Positions 40,311-51,360 are shown, counted from the stretch's first letter. The stretch is DNA of 64,000 nucleotides from Verrucomicrobiota bacterium (GCA_047947115.1 CP170459.1:1664001-1728000); one strand, 5' to 3'. Program-made: numbers and translations. The notes: generated by a model not told the origin, from the sequence alone.

Positions 40311-40682
40311 ATGAAGCCGATATCTATTTCAGATTCCGAGTGGCAGGTCATGCACTTGGTTTGGGAACGCGAGCCCATTGCGACATCCGATGTTGTTGAT
40401 GTGTTGGAAGAATCCAAAGAGTGGCGATCACGCACGACGCGAACCTTGCTTGATCGATTAGTCAGCAAAGGCGCTTTAACCAAACGAAAGGATGGGAAAC
40501 GCTACCTATACTCCGCTGCGGTCAAACAGAAGGACTGTGTGCGGCAGGAAAAGCAGTCGTTTGTTGATCGGGTATTCGGAGGCAATGCGGCGGCGATGGT
40601 CTTGAATGTGGTGCGGGATACCAAACTTTCCGATGCGGATATCGCCGAACTGGAACGTTTGTTGAAGGAGAAAAAGGATTGA
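40311..40682 (+). CDS. BlaI/MecI/CopY family repressor
   Basis: ISDSEWQVM..VW, TTRTLLDRLVSKG, FVDRVFGG. Confidence 0.95.
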   Translation: MKPISISDSEWQVMHLVWEREPIATSDVVDVLEESKEWRSRTTRTLLDRLVSKGALTKRKDGKRYLYSAAVKQKDCVRQEKQSFVDRVFGGNAAAMVLNVVRDTKLSDADIAELERLLKEKKD

Positions 40683-40683
40683 T

Positions 40684-43661
40684 ATGACCGATGTATTGGA
40701 TCTTTTACGAAACATTTTCGAAAGCATACTAACGACCTCCTGGCGGGCGAGCTGGATTGTTGGACTCATTCTCTCGGTTTCATGGTTGTTGCGTGATCGA
40801 ATTTCCAGTGGGTTGCGCTATGTGCTTTGGATGATGCTGTTTTTGCATATGGTATTGCCGTTTTTGTGGATCCCCTCTTCTTTCAGTTTATTCAATTGGG
40901 TGCCCAAGAGTCCTATGTATTTTGTGGGAAAAACGGTCCAGGAGCCGATTCCAAATGAGGCGCAAAGGTTGTGGGACCAGCAAAGCTCTTCCAAACGCTA
41001 CTTGGAAGCATCTGAAACATTGGCACCTGGCTTAGATTCAGATTCCCCGTCGGCATCGTCCACTCGTGATCAAACTCAAACTCCAAAAACCGAGCCATTC
41101 TCGTGGATGACTTTGATAGCAGGTGTCTGGTTCGTAGGGTGCTTGTTTTTTCTACTCCAAATGGCCTATCAGAATCGGAAGTTTTCCCGGCGAGTGCATA
41201 TGGACGGACCACTCAATGATTCATCGGTTCAAGTGATGTTGAGGAAATTGGTGGGACAGATCGGACTCGATCAAACCCCGATTTTGGTGGAGAGTGGGGC
41301 TGTATCCACGCCTGCAGTGCATAACTACCTGAAGCCTGCCATCATCCTACCTGCAGGTATGTCGAAAAGTTTGACAGAGGATCAATTGCGTCACGTATTC
41401 TTGCATGAACTGGCCCACATCAAGCGGCGGGATTTGTTGGTGCAATGGTTGGCGCATGTAATGCGAGCAGTGCACTGGTTTAATCCCTTCATATGGATTG
41501 CCGTGGCTCGCTTGCGGGTGGATTGTGAAATGGGAACGGATGCTTTGGCTCTCTGGCATGTGGGGGAAGCGCATCGTCATGCCTACGTAAAGACAATCAT
41601 TGATTTGGTTAAACGCGTCAACGCATCCAAACGAAAACCCAGATTGGTGGGGATTGTTGAAGGCAAAAAAGAGATGACGCGTCGTATTCTGAGGATTCGT
41701 AACTTTTCAATTAATCCGCAGCTTTCAAGAATCTCCATTTTTACGTTCGCAATGGTATGGATGGTTGCTTTTTCCGGTGCGGTTCGCAAACCGGAGATAA
41801 GTCGGCCACCAAAGGTAAAGTATGCTCAATTACCGACAACCAAGATATTGGGAATGCAAGGCACAGGTGGGATCGTCTGCACCATCGTGGATCCCGATGG
41901 AAATCCTGTTCCCTCAGCCCAAATTTCTTTTGGTGAAAGGGACAACTTTATTTTCCTACCGATCGGTCAAACGGATGAAAGTGGACGGATTCGGATTCCT
42001 TTCGAACGATTAAAGCCGGATATGGTGTTGGATGCTGCTGGTTTTGCCCCGACCTTGGTGGCATTTGATTATGATCCATCGCTGACTAACCGCACCTATC
42101 AACTACAAAAAGCGGCCACCGTGACAGGTAGGATCACTGATGAGAATGATGTTCCCATTTCCGAAGCAGAGGTGAAACCCATGACCTGGCATGCTTATCC
42201 TTTATTGGGTGGGGCCGGGAGGCTTGGACGCTCTATCAACACGGACAAGGATGGGCGATTTACTTGGAATCATGCTCCTCATCAAGGGGAGATCGTTTGG
42301 AGTATTCAGGCAAGCGGTTACAGATCCATTTTGAGCGATCCGATGCCTGTGGCCATGAACTGAATCTTAAAATGTCAAAACCGGACCGGGTGATTGGGAC
42401 GGTTGTGGATGCTGAAACGGGAGAACCCATCCATTCATTTCACTTTTTCATAGGTCAAACGATACGTGAAGGCGGACCTGTTTTAACAATTGATCATAAA
42501 AGCAGAGGAATCAAAGGGCTTTTCGAAATGGATGTCTTAAAGCCTGCCCGGCAGTTTCACGTGATCCAGGTTTCCGCAGATGGATATGCTCCCGCTCTTT
42601 CGCCTATCTTTCGGGATGGAGATGGGGAGCTTGAGTTTCGGTTTGAGTTGAATAAGGAAACGATCATTCCGGTCGATGTTTTTCTGCCTGACGGTAAACC
42701 TGCGTCAAATGCAACTTGGATGCAAACCCATCTTGAAAAACTGGATGTTCTACTGCCTGAACCACACGAATTTATCATGCACCATCTAAAAAGCATGTCG
42801 AGGGTTGGCGGAGCGGATAGTGATGGTCATATTGATTTCAGGACAGCTCCAGGAATCACAGGCATCATTCTGACGCACGAGCAAGGATATGCGGAAGTGA
42901 GTCTGGCGGCTCTTCAGTTATCTCCTGATATCCAATTGCGACCTTGGGGACATGTTGAAGGAAAACTCTTTTCCGGAAAGAAGCCATTGGTCGGTGAGAC
43001 AGTAGCACTCTGGCGGAATGATTATGAACTGAGCCTGGTTTCGGTCAGCACCGAAACCGGACCAGATGGAAGTTTTGCATTTCATGAGCTTCCGGCAGGA
43101 GAATACAAATTGCGAACTGAGATAGAAACCACACTTGATTGGGTGCAAGTCGAGGCTGGCAAGACTACCCATATAAATGTAGGCCAAGACGGACGTACCA
43201 TCTGTGGGCATGCCAAAGCGGATAGACGTCTTAATGACGGAGCAGACTGGAACTGGCAGATCCAGCGTTGCTATTTGAAAACAGATTCCCACATTCCCGC
43301 TGGTATCGAGGAACCCACAGAACAAGATCGCAATGACGGGGATGAAGGAATTCAACGATTCCGAGAACGCAGGAAAGCTTTTTGGGATTCACCTGAAGGC
43401 AAAGCTATTGAGCGGTCAAAGAGAAGTTATGCCGTCAAGTTCGAATACGATGGATCCTTTCGCATCGAAGGAGTGGTACCCGGTCCCTACTCACTGGAGC
43501 TTCAATTGAAGGAACGTTATCGAGAAGGGCCTAACCTGACGCATGTCGATACCATTGCCGAAGCTCGTCGAATCGTTGTTGTTCCTGGCGAAGAGGAATC
43601 CTTGCAGCATGAGGTTATAGATTTGGGAGATATTGAATTGTGGGCCGATGAAGAAAATTGA
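40684..43661 (+). pseudogene. BlaR1-like M56 peptidase with carboxypeptidase-regulatory-like periplasmic domains, frameshifted near 42350
   Basis: HELAHIKRRD, HWFNP; ORFs 40684-42363 and 42264-43661 join (DPMPVGHELNL) if one G is added. Confidence 0.8.
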
Positions 43662-43757
43662 GGATCGGCTGTCTTGGGCAGTAGAACCATGCATTTGAAA
43701 TAGCGCGGCAACAATTTCGAGGGCAATCACCGCTGAGAGACCAAAAAAAACCTACTT

Positions 43758-43787
43758 GACAAACGTATCAAAATTGATACGTTTGTC
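43758..43787. promoter_or_regulatory. TA operator palindrome overlapping TTGACA
   Basis: Perfect 14-bp IR GACAAACGTATCAA-AA-TTGATACGTTTGTC, 2 nt before the toxin ATG. Confidence 0.8.
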
Positions 43788-43789
43788 CC

Positions 43790-44140
43790 ATGCATTCCGA
43801 CAGGCCTCTGAATCTGGTGTTCTTTCGAACAGAAGCAGGGACAGAACCTGTTCGTGAGTGGTTGTTGAGCCTAAGAAAGCCTGAACGCAAAATTGTAGGA
43901 TCTGATATTTTGGCCGTTTAATATGCATGGCCGGTTGGAAAGCCTCTTGTGGACTCGTTTGGGAATGGTCTGTGGGAAATTCGGTCGAAGTTAAAGGATA
44001 GCATTGCCAGGACTTTGTTCATCATTGCAAACGAGGAAATTGTATTGATGCATGCGGTTATTAAGAAATCACGCACCACACCTAAATCGGACCTTCAATT
44101 GGCTCGGAAGCGACAAAAGGAATATCTGAGTTATCTATGA
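43790..44140 (+). pseudogene. RelE/Gp49-family (HigB-like) toxin with in-frame TAA at 43919-43921
   Basis: FFRTEAGTEPVREWL...DILAV*YAWPVGKPLV...GLWEIRS...KKSRTTP. Confidence 0.85.
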
Positions 44141-44433
44141 ATACGAACCATCCGCATCGAGGGAGTGATTTTCGATCTTTTTTAGAAGAAACGGGAATGT
44201 GTGAGGAGGTCGAAGCGCTAGCCATGAAAAAAGCCATCGCATTGAAACTGCAGTCACTCTTGAAAGATCACTCGCTAACCAAAACGGAGATGGCCAAGCG
44301 CATGAAAACAAGTCGGGCTGCCGTTGATAGATTATTGGATGAGTCCAATCCTTCCATTACTTTGCTAACACTCGAAAAGGGTGCGATGGCTTTGGGACAT
44401 CGATTGAAAATCGAGCTGGTGCCTGCGGTTTAG
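44137..44433 (+). CDS. XRE-family antitoxin (HigA-like)
   Basis: HRGSDF..FL, KTEMAKRMKTSRAAVDRLLD, TLLTL; ATGA overlap. Confidence 0.9.
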   Translation: MNTNHPHRGSDFRSFLEETGMCEEVEALAMKKAIALKLQSLLKDHSLTKTEMAKRMKTSRAAVDRLLDESNPSITLLTLEKGAMALGHRLKIELVPAV

Positions 44434-44528
44434 TTGTCGGTGGTAAGCCTTAAAAATTTTCCAAAATCAAAGCAATGATGTGCTTGCCGTTGCATTATTA
44501 TTTTATCAGTGCATCGTGCATGGCAGTC

Positions 44529-44716
44529 TGGACTGCGGTGGCTTGACACCGCTTTGGATACGCCAGGGGAACGTAGTAGCTAACCTGATTGCGATCCACA
44601 TTAATAGTCTCCAGCAGGATTCACTTAGGTGTAAGTATGCAGTTGAGTTGTTTGAGTGTAACTTACGCATACGCCCATATCTAAAGCGGTTCCGATTCAT
44701 CCGAACGCCCATTCCA
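44529..44716. repeat. 188-bp REP/MITE-like element, copy 2
   Basis: Same termini and length as 39744-39931, divergent centre. Confidence 0.7.
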
Positions 44717-44837
44717 GATTGCGCATCCATTGAACGATACACAGTGGAATTTTTGAATGGATCATTCATATGGTGATCCTGTCTTTTCACACATTGACCT
44801 GATTCCCCTCCTTACGGCAGAGTTGGACTTTAAATTC

Positions 44838-46181
44838 ATGAACTCAGATTTTTTATCAGGTGTGATCGAGGGTTTTTATGGTACGCCGTGGACCCCGTCG
44901 GAACGTCACATGGTGCTCGGCTGGATGCAGGCGTGGCAGTTGAATACCTACCTTTATGCCCCGAAAGATGACTTGAAGCAGCGCTTGCTGTGGCGCGAGG
45001 ATTACACGGTTGAGGAAGCCGCTTTATTGAAGGACTTGATCGATGCGTGTCAGGCGCGGGGGATTCGGTTTGTTTATGCTTTGAGTCCTGGATTGGACAT
45101 TGCTTACGCACGGGATGCAGAAGTTGACACACTGAAGCGTCGTATGGATCAGGTTCGTAAGCTGGGTGGAAATCACTTTGCGTTGCTTTTTGATGATATC
45201 CCGGACTCCATGCGTGAGGAGGATCGTGTAAGGTTTGGTTCTTTTGCGAAGGCCCAGTGTCATGTGGTGAACTCGCTTTATCAGTGGATACAACAAGCGT
45301 CGACTGACGATAGCCGTGTTTTGTTTTGTCCCACGCCTTATTGCGGGCGCATGCAACGTGCCGGGTTGGGAGGGGATCATTACCTGGAGGAAATCGGCAC
45401 CGGGCTTGATTTGGGCATTGATGTTTTTTGGACCGGGCCCGAGATCATCTCCTCAGAGATATCGGTTGAACATGTCGAGTCATTGAGCCAGATCCTCAAG
45501 CGGCAGCCCTTGATTTGGGATAATCTGCATGCCAATGATTACGATGGGACTCGGTTTTATTGTGGACCTTACTCTGGACGCCCTTTGGAGTTACGGGGTG
45601 CTGTCCGGGGCATTCTGCATAATCCAAACAACGAAGCGCCGCTGAACTTTGTTCCTTGGAAAACGCTTTCGGATTATTTGCGTGCCGAGACAGATTGGGA
45701 CCCACGGGTATCTTATCTCGGCTCGATGAAAACATGGCATGCGAGTTTTGAATCCGCCGGATCTCCCATTTCCTTTGAGGATTTGGTGTTGCTGGGGGAT
45801 TGTTTCTACCTGCCGCAGGAGGAGGGAAGTGAAGCAGCTCAACTATACATCGCCGCAAGAAACTGGCTGACCGCTGATGTAGGTGACAGGCAATCCAAAT
45901 TTGAAACCTTCCGTCCCTTGGCCACACGCTTGCGCAATGCGTGTGCAGAGATCGTCAACCTCAAGGATCGAGCCTTGTTCTCAGCGCTTTGTCGTAAGAC
46001 CTGGGATTTGCGTGAAGAAATGGATCTGATGCTGACCTGCGGTCGCTTGATGGAGGCCGATCCCAATGCCCGGTTGCATTCGGATTTTCATCTGCCGGGT
46101 ACCTACCGTGGCAGCATGGTTGACAAGTTGCGGGGGCTTTTGGATCAAAGTGAGGATGGTTCATTTACGGCGACAAAATGA
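44838..46181 (+). CDS. GH84 beta-N-acetylglucosaminidase (O-GlcNAcase-like)
   Basis: GVIEGFYGTPW, YLYAPKDD, YALSPG, catalytic LLFDDI, FCPTPYC, WTGP, WDNLHANDYD. Confidence 0.93.
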   Translation: MNSDFLSGVIEGFYGTPWTPSERHMVLGWMQAWQLNTYLYAPKDDLKQRLLWREDYTVEEAALLKDLIDACQARGIRFVYALSPGLDIAYARDAEVDTLKRRMDQVRKLGGNHFALLFDDIPDSMREEDRVRFGSFAKAQCHVVNSLYQWIQQASTDDSRVLFCPTPYCGRMQRAGLGGDHYLEEIGTGLDLGIDVFWTGPEIISSEISVEHVESLSQILKRQPLIWDNLHANDYDGTRFYCGPYSGRPLELRGAVRGILHNPNNEAPLNFVPWKTLSDYLRAETDWDPRVSYLGSMKTWHASFESAGSPISFEDLVLLGDCFYLPQEEGSEAAQLYIAARNWLTADVGDRQSKFETFRPLATRLRNACAEIVNLKDRALFSALCRKTWDLREEMDLMLTCGRLMEADPNARLHSDFHLPGTYRGSMVDKLRGLLDQSEDGSFTATK

Positions 46182-46353
46182 ACGTTCAAGGGCGTTGGTT
46201 GATGTCTAATGATCTCTCACAAAGGCACTAAGACGCGAAGCTTTTTTCTTAATGGCTTAGTGCCTTTCCCTGAGAAGTATTGTGCATGGGGCTGTGCCAT
46301 ATTCGTTTCTGGACGAATGGAGGCTTCCATGACAAGAATCGCGGCATTCAAGC

Positions 46354-46977
46354 ATGAGTGCATTCAAGATTCGACAGGGGAGTATGGAGGATCTTCAGGC
46401 GGCGTATTACATTTGCCTGAAGACCGGTGATCATGGGGCCGACGGTGAGGCTTTGTATCGGGATGATCCCGATGCGCTGGGCCGTATCTTTGTTGGACCG
46501 TATCTGGCGTTTGAACCGGAGCTCAGTTTGATGCTGGAGGATGATCAGGGGGTATGTGGGTATGCCTTTGCTTCTTTCGATTCAAAGCAGTTTTATGACC
46601 GATACGAACGTGAGTGGCGCCCGAAGCTTTGTGCCAAGTTTCCCAATCCGGATGGTGATCCCAAAACCTGGACACATTCGCAGGAAGTGCATTCGTGGTA
46701 TCATGATCCCGATTACTATTGTCCGGAACCTTACGATCAGTATCCTTCGCACCTCCACATTGATTTTCTGGACCGTGCCCGGGGGCATGGTTTCGGTCGT
46801 CGAATGATGGAAGACCTGATGCAGCAGTTAAAGAAGATGGGATCGCCGGGCGCGCATCTTGGGGTGAGTATGCGGAATACAAAGGCGTTCGGATTTTATC
46901 ACGCGCTCGGTTTTGAAGAACTGGCGCGTGTCGGTGAGCCGGGTGAAGGGTGTGTCTATTTAGGAAAAAGACTGTGA
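46354..46977 (+). CDS. GNAT acetyltransferase resembling the OGA C-terminal HAT-like domain
   Basis: ICLKTG.HG.D, FVGPYL, YPSHLHID, ARGHGFG, GAHLGV...N..A.GFY..LGF. Confidence 0.9.
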   Translation: MSAFKIRQGSMEDLQAAYYICLKTGDHGADGEALYRDDPDALGRIFVGPYLAFEPELSLMLEDDQGVCGYAFASFDSKQFYDRYEREWRPKLCAKFPNPDGDPKTWTHSQEVHSWYHDPDYYCPEPYDQYPSHLHIDFLDRARGHGFGRRMMEDLMQQLKKMGSPGAHLGVSMRNTKAFGFYHALGFEELARVGEPGEGCVYLGKRL

Positions 46978-48266
46978 AAGCATTGACTCAATTTCTGGAT
47001 CGCTACCTGGTGCCGCCGCTGACCAAGCTGAGCGAGAACACGTATCTGTCCGCCATTCGCGCGGGGATGGTTGCCATCGTGCCTCTTACAATCATTGGGG
47101 GACTGTTTCTGGTGGTTGCCGAAATGCCCTGGCCCATCTGGCAATCCTGGGTGGCGCCCTATCAGGGTTTGCTGGAGATTCCTGTATCGGCCACCTTTGG
47201 GATGTTGGCGGTGTTTGTTTGTTTTGCCATCGCTTATGATCTGGCGAAACGATTCAAGCTGGAGGCATCGGTCAGCGCAAGCATGGCCACCCTGGTTTTT
47301 CTGATGGTGCAACTCCAGCGCGGTGAACCGACGGAGGAAGGTCTCGGGCCGCTTGTGCTGAACATGGACGGTTTGGCGTCCGGTGGATTATTTACCGCTA
47401 TCCTTTTGTCGCTGGTATGTGTGAGGGTTCAAAAGGCGTTGAATGATTACAATCTCGTGATTCGCCTGCCGAAGAGTGTGCCGGAGGTGGTATATGAATC
47501 GTTCCTCAGTTTGGTTCCCATGACGTTTTTGGTCATTTGTTTTTTTACCATTCGATTTGTTTTGGGGGTGGATATCAACGCTCTCCTTCAGCAGGCGTTT
47601 TCACCCTTGCTGTTCGCGTTGAACACGCTGCCGGGAATTCTGGTGTTCACTCTGCTGCTGACCATGCTTTGGTCCATCGGGATCAATGGAGACAATACGC
47701 TGGATGCGGTGGTTGCTCCGATCTTCTTGATGTTTCTTGCCGCCAACGCGGAAGCAGCTCAGGCGAATGAACCGTTACCATATATCACGGCGTTGGGATT
47801 TATTACCAGCTTCGTGAATGTGGGTGGCACCGGGGCGACGATTGCATTGGCTCTGGTGATGCTGAATTCCAAGGATGCGGGGTATCGTCAGATCAGTCGG
47901 GTGTCCATGCCCACACAGATTTTTCAGATCAATGAGCCCATCTTCTTCGGCTTCCCGATCGTGTTGAATCCGGTGTTCATGGTGCCTTATGTGCTGTGCG
48001 CCTTGTCTCTGGCAACCGTTACTTTTTTGCTGATGGATTTTGGAATGATCAACAAACCATTGATTGCGGTGCCCTGGACGACGCCTCCGGTGATTGGGCA
48101 TTTTCTGGTATCTGGAGGAGATTGGCGGGCGGCGGTGTGGGGTGCCATATCGATTCCGATGTGCATGGCCATCTATTACCCCTTTGCCAAGGCGGCCGAA
48201 CGACAACGCCTGAAGGAGGCCTCTGAATCTGTCAACGAGGCATCATCGGTTGAAGGTAAATCGTGA
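46974..48266 (+). CDS. PTS EIIC permease, cellobiose/chitobiose (ChbC/CelB) family
   Basis: AIRAGM, IRLPKSVP, LWSIGING, GGTGAT, FQINEPIFFGFPIVLNP, PWTTP, YYPF; GTGA overlap with GNAT stop. Confidence 0.93.
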   Translation: MKALTQFLDRYLVPPLTKLSENTYLSAIRAGMVAIVPLTIIGGLFLVVAEMPWPIWQSWVAPYQGLLEIPVSATFGMLAVFVCFAIAYDLAKRFKLEASVSASMATLVFLMVQLQRGEPTEEGLGPLVLNMDGLASGGLFTAILLSLVCVRVQKALNDYNLVIRLPKSVPEVVYESFLSLVPMTFLVICFFTIRFVLGVDINALLQQAFSPLLFALNTLPGILVFTLLLTMLWSIGINGDNTLDAVVAPIFLMFLAANAEAAQANEPLPYITALGFITSFVNVGGTGATIALALVMLNSKDAGYRQISRVSMPTQIFQINEPIFFGFPIVLNPVFMVPYVLCALSLATVTFLLMDFGMINKPLIAVPWTTPPVIGHFLVSGGDWRAAVWGAISIPMCMAIYYPFAKAAERQRLKEASESVNEASSVEGKS

Positions 48267-48419
48267 TGATGTTGTAGAATGAATATTAACCGCACCATTG
48301 GAATTGCGGGATCTTCGAGATTGCACGGATTTTCGCAGATTAGTTGAAAGGCTATACTTATAAGCAATCACGTTCCTTACTTCGAAAAAAAGCAATGCCA
48401 TCTCTCAATCTCATTGTTT

Positions 48420-49084
48420 TCAATCTGTGATAATCTGTTTAATCTGCGGTTCAATAAAAAACACCTTGTTCAAAGTTTGGTTCACCGAAATAGATGACAC
48501 TGGAAGTAATCGAAAAACGTGCGACTGAAAAGCGGTATGAGTTACCGCATTTGTCCGTGCATGGATGGTGATGGGGGTGAGGTTGTGATTGTTTGCAAAG
48601 TGGCAGGAGAAACCTTTGGTGACTTGCTGCCAGCATCTCGGTAGAGGCCTTCGACGACGTTGAAAATATAACCGCCCTGCCAGTTCCAGTAGCGCCCCGA
48701 GACATTTGGGTGGTTTGCGGGATGAATCCATGGATTCGATTTGTTCCTTTCCTCGCTCAAGCCGACTTTGAAATGAATCGAAGTGTATGCTCCGTCGGGA
48801 ATGTTGGGCAGCATGAGAGAGATTTCTCTTTTTCCGACATCAAACCAAGCCACTGAATCCGGAAAGGATTGAAGATGCCTTTCACTTGTCTGGAGACTGA
48901 AATCGCTGAGAAACAGGCTCAATCGTGAAATGGAATAGATCTGCCCTGCGTCGTTGGAGTATCGCAACGAATCCAGCGCCAAGGCGCGGTCCTCGTACAC
49001 TGTGTGAAGCGTCAATTTCAGCTGTCCCGCGCTTGCGCTCCAGCAGACCAATACTGCCACGATGATGAAGCTGTATTTGTTCAT
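48420..49084 (-). pseudogene. MbnP-family (copper-binding) protein, frameshifted/truncated
   Basis: Signal peptide, ISRLSLFLSDF, YTSIHFKVG, YWNWQGGYIF; frame changes near 48610 (KGFSCHFA continues in another frame). Confidence 0.65.
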
Positions 49085-49225
49085 ATCGAACGTAATATTG
49101 GAAGGATGCTTGTCGAATGCAATCAGCAAGGGGTGAACCGGAACCGGGGAGGGGTGAATGAGAGCATCGATGGGGTGAATTAAAATATGGTTGACATGGT
49201 CAAGTTATAAAGTCAAGTTGGTCAT

Positions 49226-49549
49226 ATGAAAGTTAAGACAGCCGATCTCAAAGCCAATTTGTCGAGCTATGTGCGTAAGGTTCGAGAAACAGGTGAACCA
49301 GTTGAAATCCTTCTGAGAGAAGAAGCAGTGGCTTACCTGACACCGGTTTGCGGAGAAAAAAAGCAGACTGTTCAGGAAATCCAGGATATGAAGGCATTGG
49401 AACGTGATTTAGCCGAGAATGGCCTCACCTGCCAAATGGCGCGTGCCGGTTCCAAACCTTCCGATTTTACGCCAGCTCCGGCAGTTGCGGGTGATGGTCA
49501 GGTAGATGTGATTACCGTCGAATCAATCCGCAGTGAAAAGGATTGGTAA
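49226..49549 (+). CDS. Phd/YefM-like antitoxin
   Basis: VKTADLKANLSSYVRKV..GEPVEI....AVAYL.P. Confidence 0.88.
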   Translation: MKVKTADLKANLSSYVRKVRETGEPVEILLREEAVAYLTPVCGEKKQTVQEIQDMKALERDLAENGLTCQMARAGSKPSDFTPAPAVAGDGQVDVITVESIRSEKDW

Positions 49550-49575
49550 TCGACGAGAATTTCTAGGGAGTTATT

Positions 49576-49974
49576 GTGGAACTTTTTTTTGATACATCCG
49601 CCATTGTACCGATCCTTCTCAAGGAACCTCATACAGAAAAAGCGATCAGCGCCTGGACTAAAGCGAAAAGAGTTTGGGCCTGGCGATGGCTGCAGGTTGA
49701 GGCAGAAGCGGCTTTGAGCCGACGGAAAGCACCTGCGCTTGCCTGGCAAAAATGGCATCAAATGAGTGCCGTTTTCGGATGGTTGGATATCGACGATAGG
49801 CAATACTCGCAATTAAGAGTCTTTAATCGGACCTTACGATTACGGGCAGCTGATGCCGGGCATCTCTACACATTTCACCTGGCAGTTCCCATTCTACCCG
49901 ATCTCAAGCTTGTCTGCTTTAATGAAGAAATCAATCGTGCAGCCGAAGTGCTCGGTTTGGATCGTTTTTCATAA
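49576..49974 (+). CDS. VapC PIN-domain toxin
   Basis: FFDTSAIVP, LRAADAGHL; downstream of the antitoxin. Confidence 0.88.
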   Translation: MELFFDTSAIVPILLKEPHTEKAISAWTKAKRVWAWRWLQVEAEAALSRRKAPALAWQKWHQMSAVFGWLDIDDRQYSQLRVFNRTLRLRAADAGHLYTFHLAVPILPDLKLVCFNEEINRAAEVLGLDRFS

Positions 49975-50635
49975 GGCTGAGACAATTTACCTCAGAAGTC
50001 TGTTAGTTGCCCCACGACCCCGTTTTCACTGATTTTCGGCCAACTTTGCTCTAAAAAACCGGACCGGATACCTTGCCGAAGCGGACGCATCCAAACGGAT
50101 ATGCATCGAAGTCACACCACTTCGGAATTGCCGATACGTCGACCAAGGTCCTGCAGAAGTGGGGGCTGATTCCAATACAATTCCTCTTGGAACAAGGGAC
50201 CAATGGAATTCAAGAAAATCACCCGAGCGTTTTACTGGAGCATGATTTTCCCTGGTCCTTTTGGATTGACCCCAAAACTCACTAATTTACGAGGCAATCG
50301 GGGCTTGTTCTGCGGCTATAGTCAGTCACAAGGGTCTGGAAATCCGAGTTGGGCAATCAGCAATGGAAACCCTCATAGACTGAATCGGCGGCGATGGATG
50401 TACAAACGATTTTCTGGACCTGCGAATGCAGGAAGGGCTCAGGATAAGTTGGTTGAAGATCGAACAATCCCAGAGTCTAAAACCAGATGTGTGACTGGAT
50501 CAGACAAGCAATACGAAAATCAAGAAAGCGGCGAGCCTTGATAATCTGGGGGACATCCGGACAAATATAAACAAAGTAAAAAAAGTCGAAAAAAACGACT
50601 TGGGGTTGATATTTGTCTCTTGACCGAAAACTCTA

Positions 50636-51360
50636 ATGTGTGACCTCAAAACTCTTGTTTTTGAAACAATTGAAAGAGAGGTTGGGGATTGGAACCGTTT
50701 CACAAATCGTCGTCAAATTGGCAGTTATACGGGGCTCTGTGGCGGTCTCAGTGCCAGTGGGCGCAGCAGTTGTCAGCTATCGATTACAAAGCACGGCAAC
50801 GTGCGATTACGAACTGCACTGGTCGAGATGGCCTGGCGATTATTGTTATGGCAAAAGGAATCTAAGCTAGTGAAGAAATGGCAATCGGTATTGGCAAATC
50901 CTCGAGCCAGCGGTGCCGCACGTAAAAAGGCCATTGTCGCCATGGCTCGACAACTGGCTGTGGACTTATGGAGATGGCAAACCGGACGAATAAGCCCAGA
51001 GGACTTGGGATGGGTAATGAAGGGGGGTTGAAGTCTCAGTCTCCCCTCATAGAACAACACTTTTAACCAGGATAAAGATGGACTGGAAAGATTTGAAACG
51101 GCACGTGCCCGGAACCCAGGCGGGGTCAGAAATGGTCCGATTATGAGATGGGGTACGTTCGTTTCTTGGCTGTGACCGTATGAGTCACGAGGTGCCGAAA
51201 TTAGTAATAAATCGTGCACGGATAGCAGGATGAGCAACGGCTAAGACCGTCGCCAGAGCCAGGAAAACGTTTTAGATTTTCCATATCCTTCGAGAAAGGA
51301 ACAAAAAGAAGAACCTGAAAAAAACAGAAAATGCACTTGGGTGCTTGACACTACTCATAG
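50636..51360 (+). mobile_element. IS110-family remnant: 3' part of transposase (to 51031) plus long right-end noncoding region
   Basis: RFTNRRQIGSYTGL, SG, ITKHGNVRLR, KKAIVAMARQL; N-terminal RuvC-like domain missing; end marked by outward TTGACA..CATAG. Confidence 0.8.

Noticed and set aside
48280..48460. AATCTG-type short repeats (similar low-complexity repeats at ~46215, ~60540, ~60765)
   Set aside because: Look like common short intergenic palindromic repeats; too degenerate to define boundaries
49990..50630. Short ORFs between vapC and the IS110 remnant
   Set aside because: No family recognised; probably degenerate mobile-element debris
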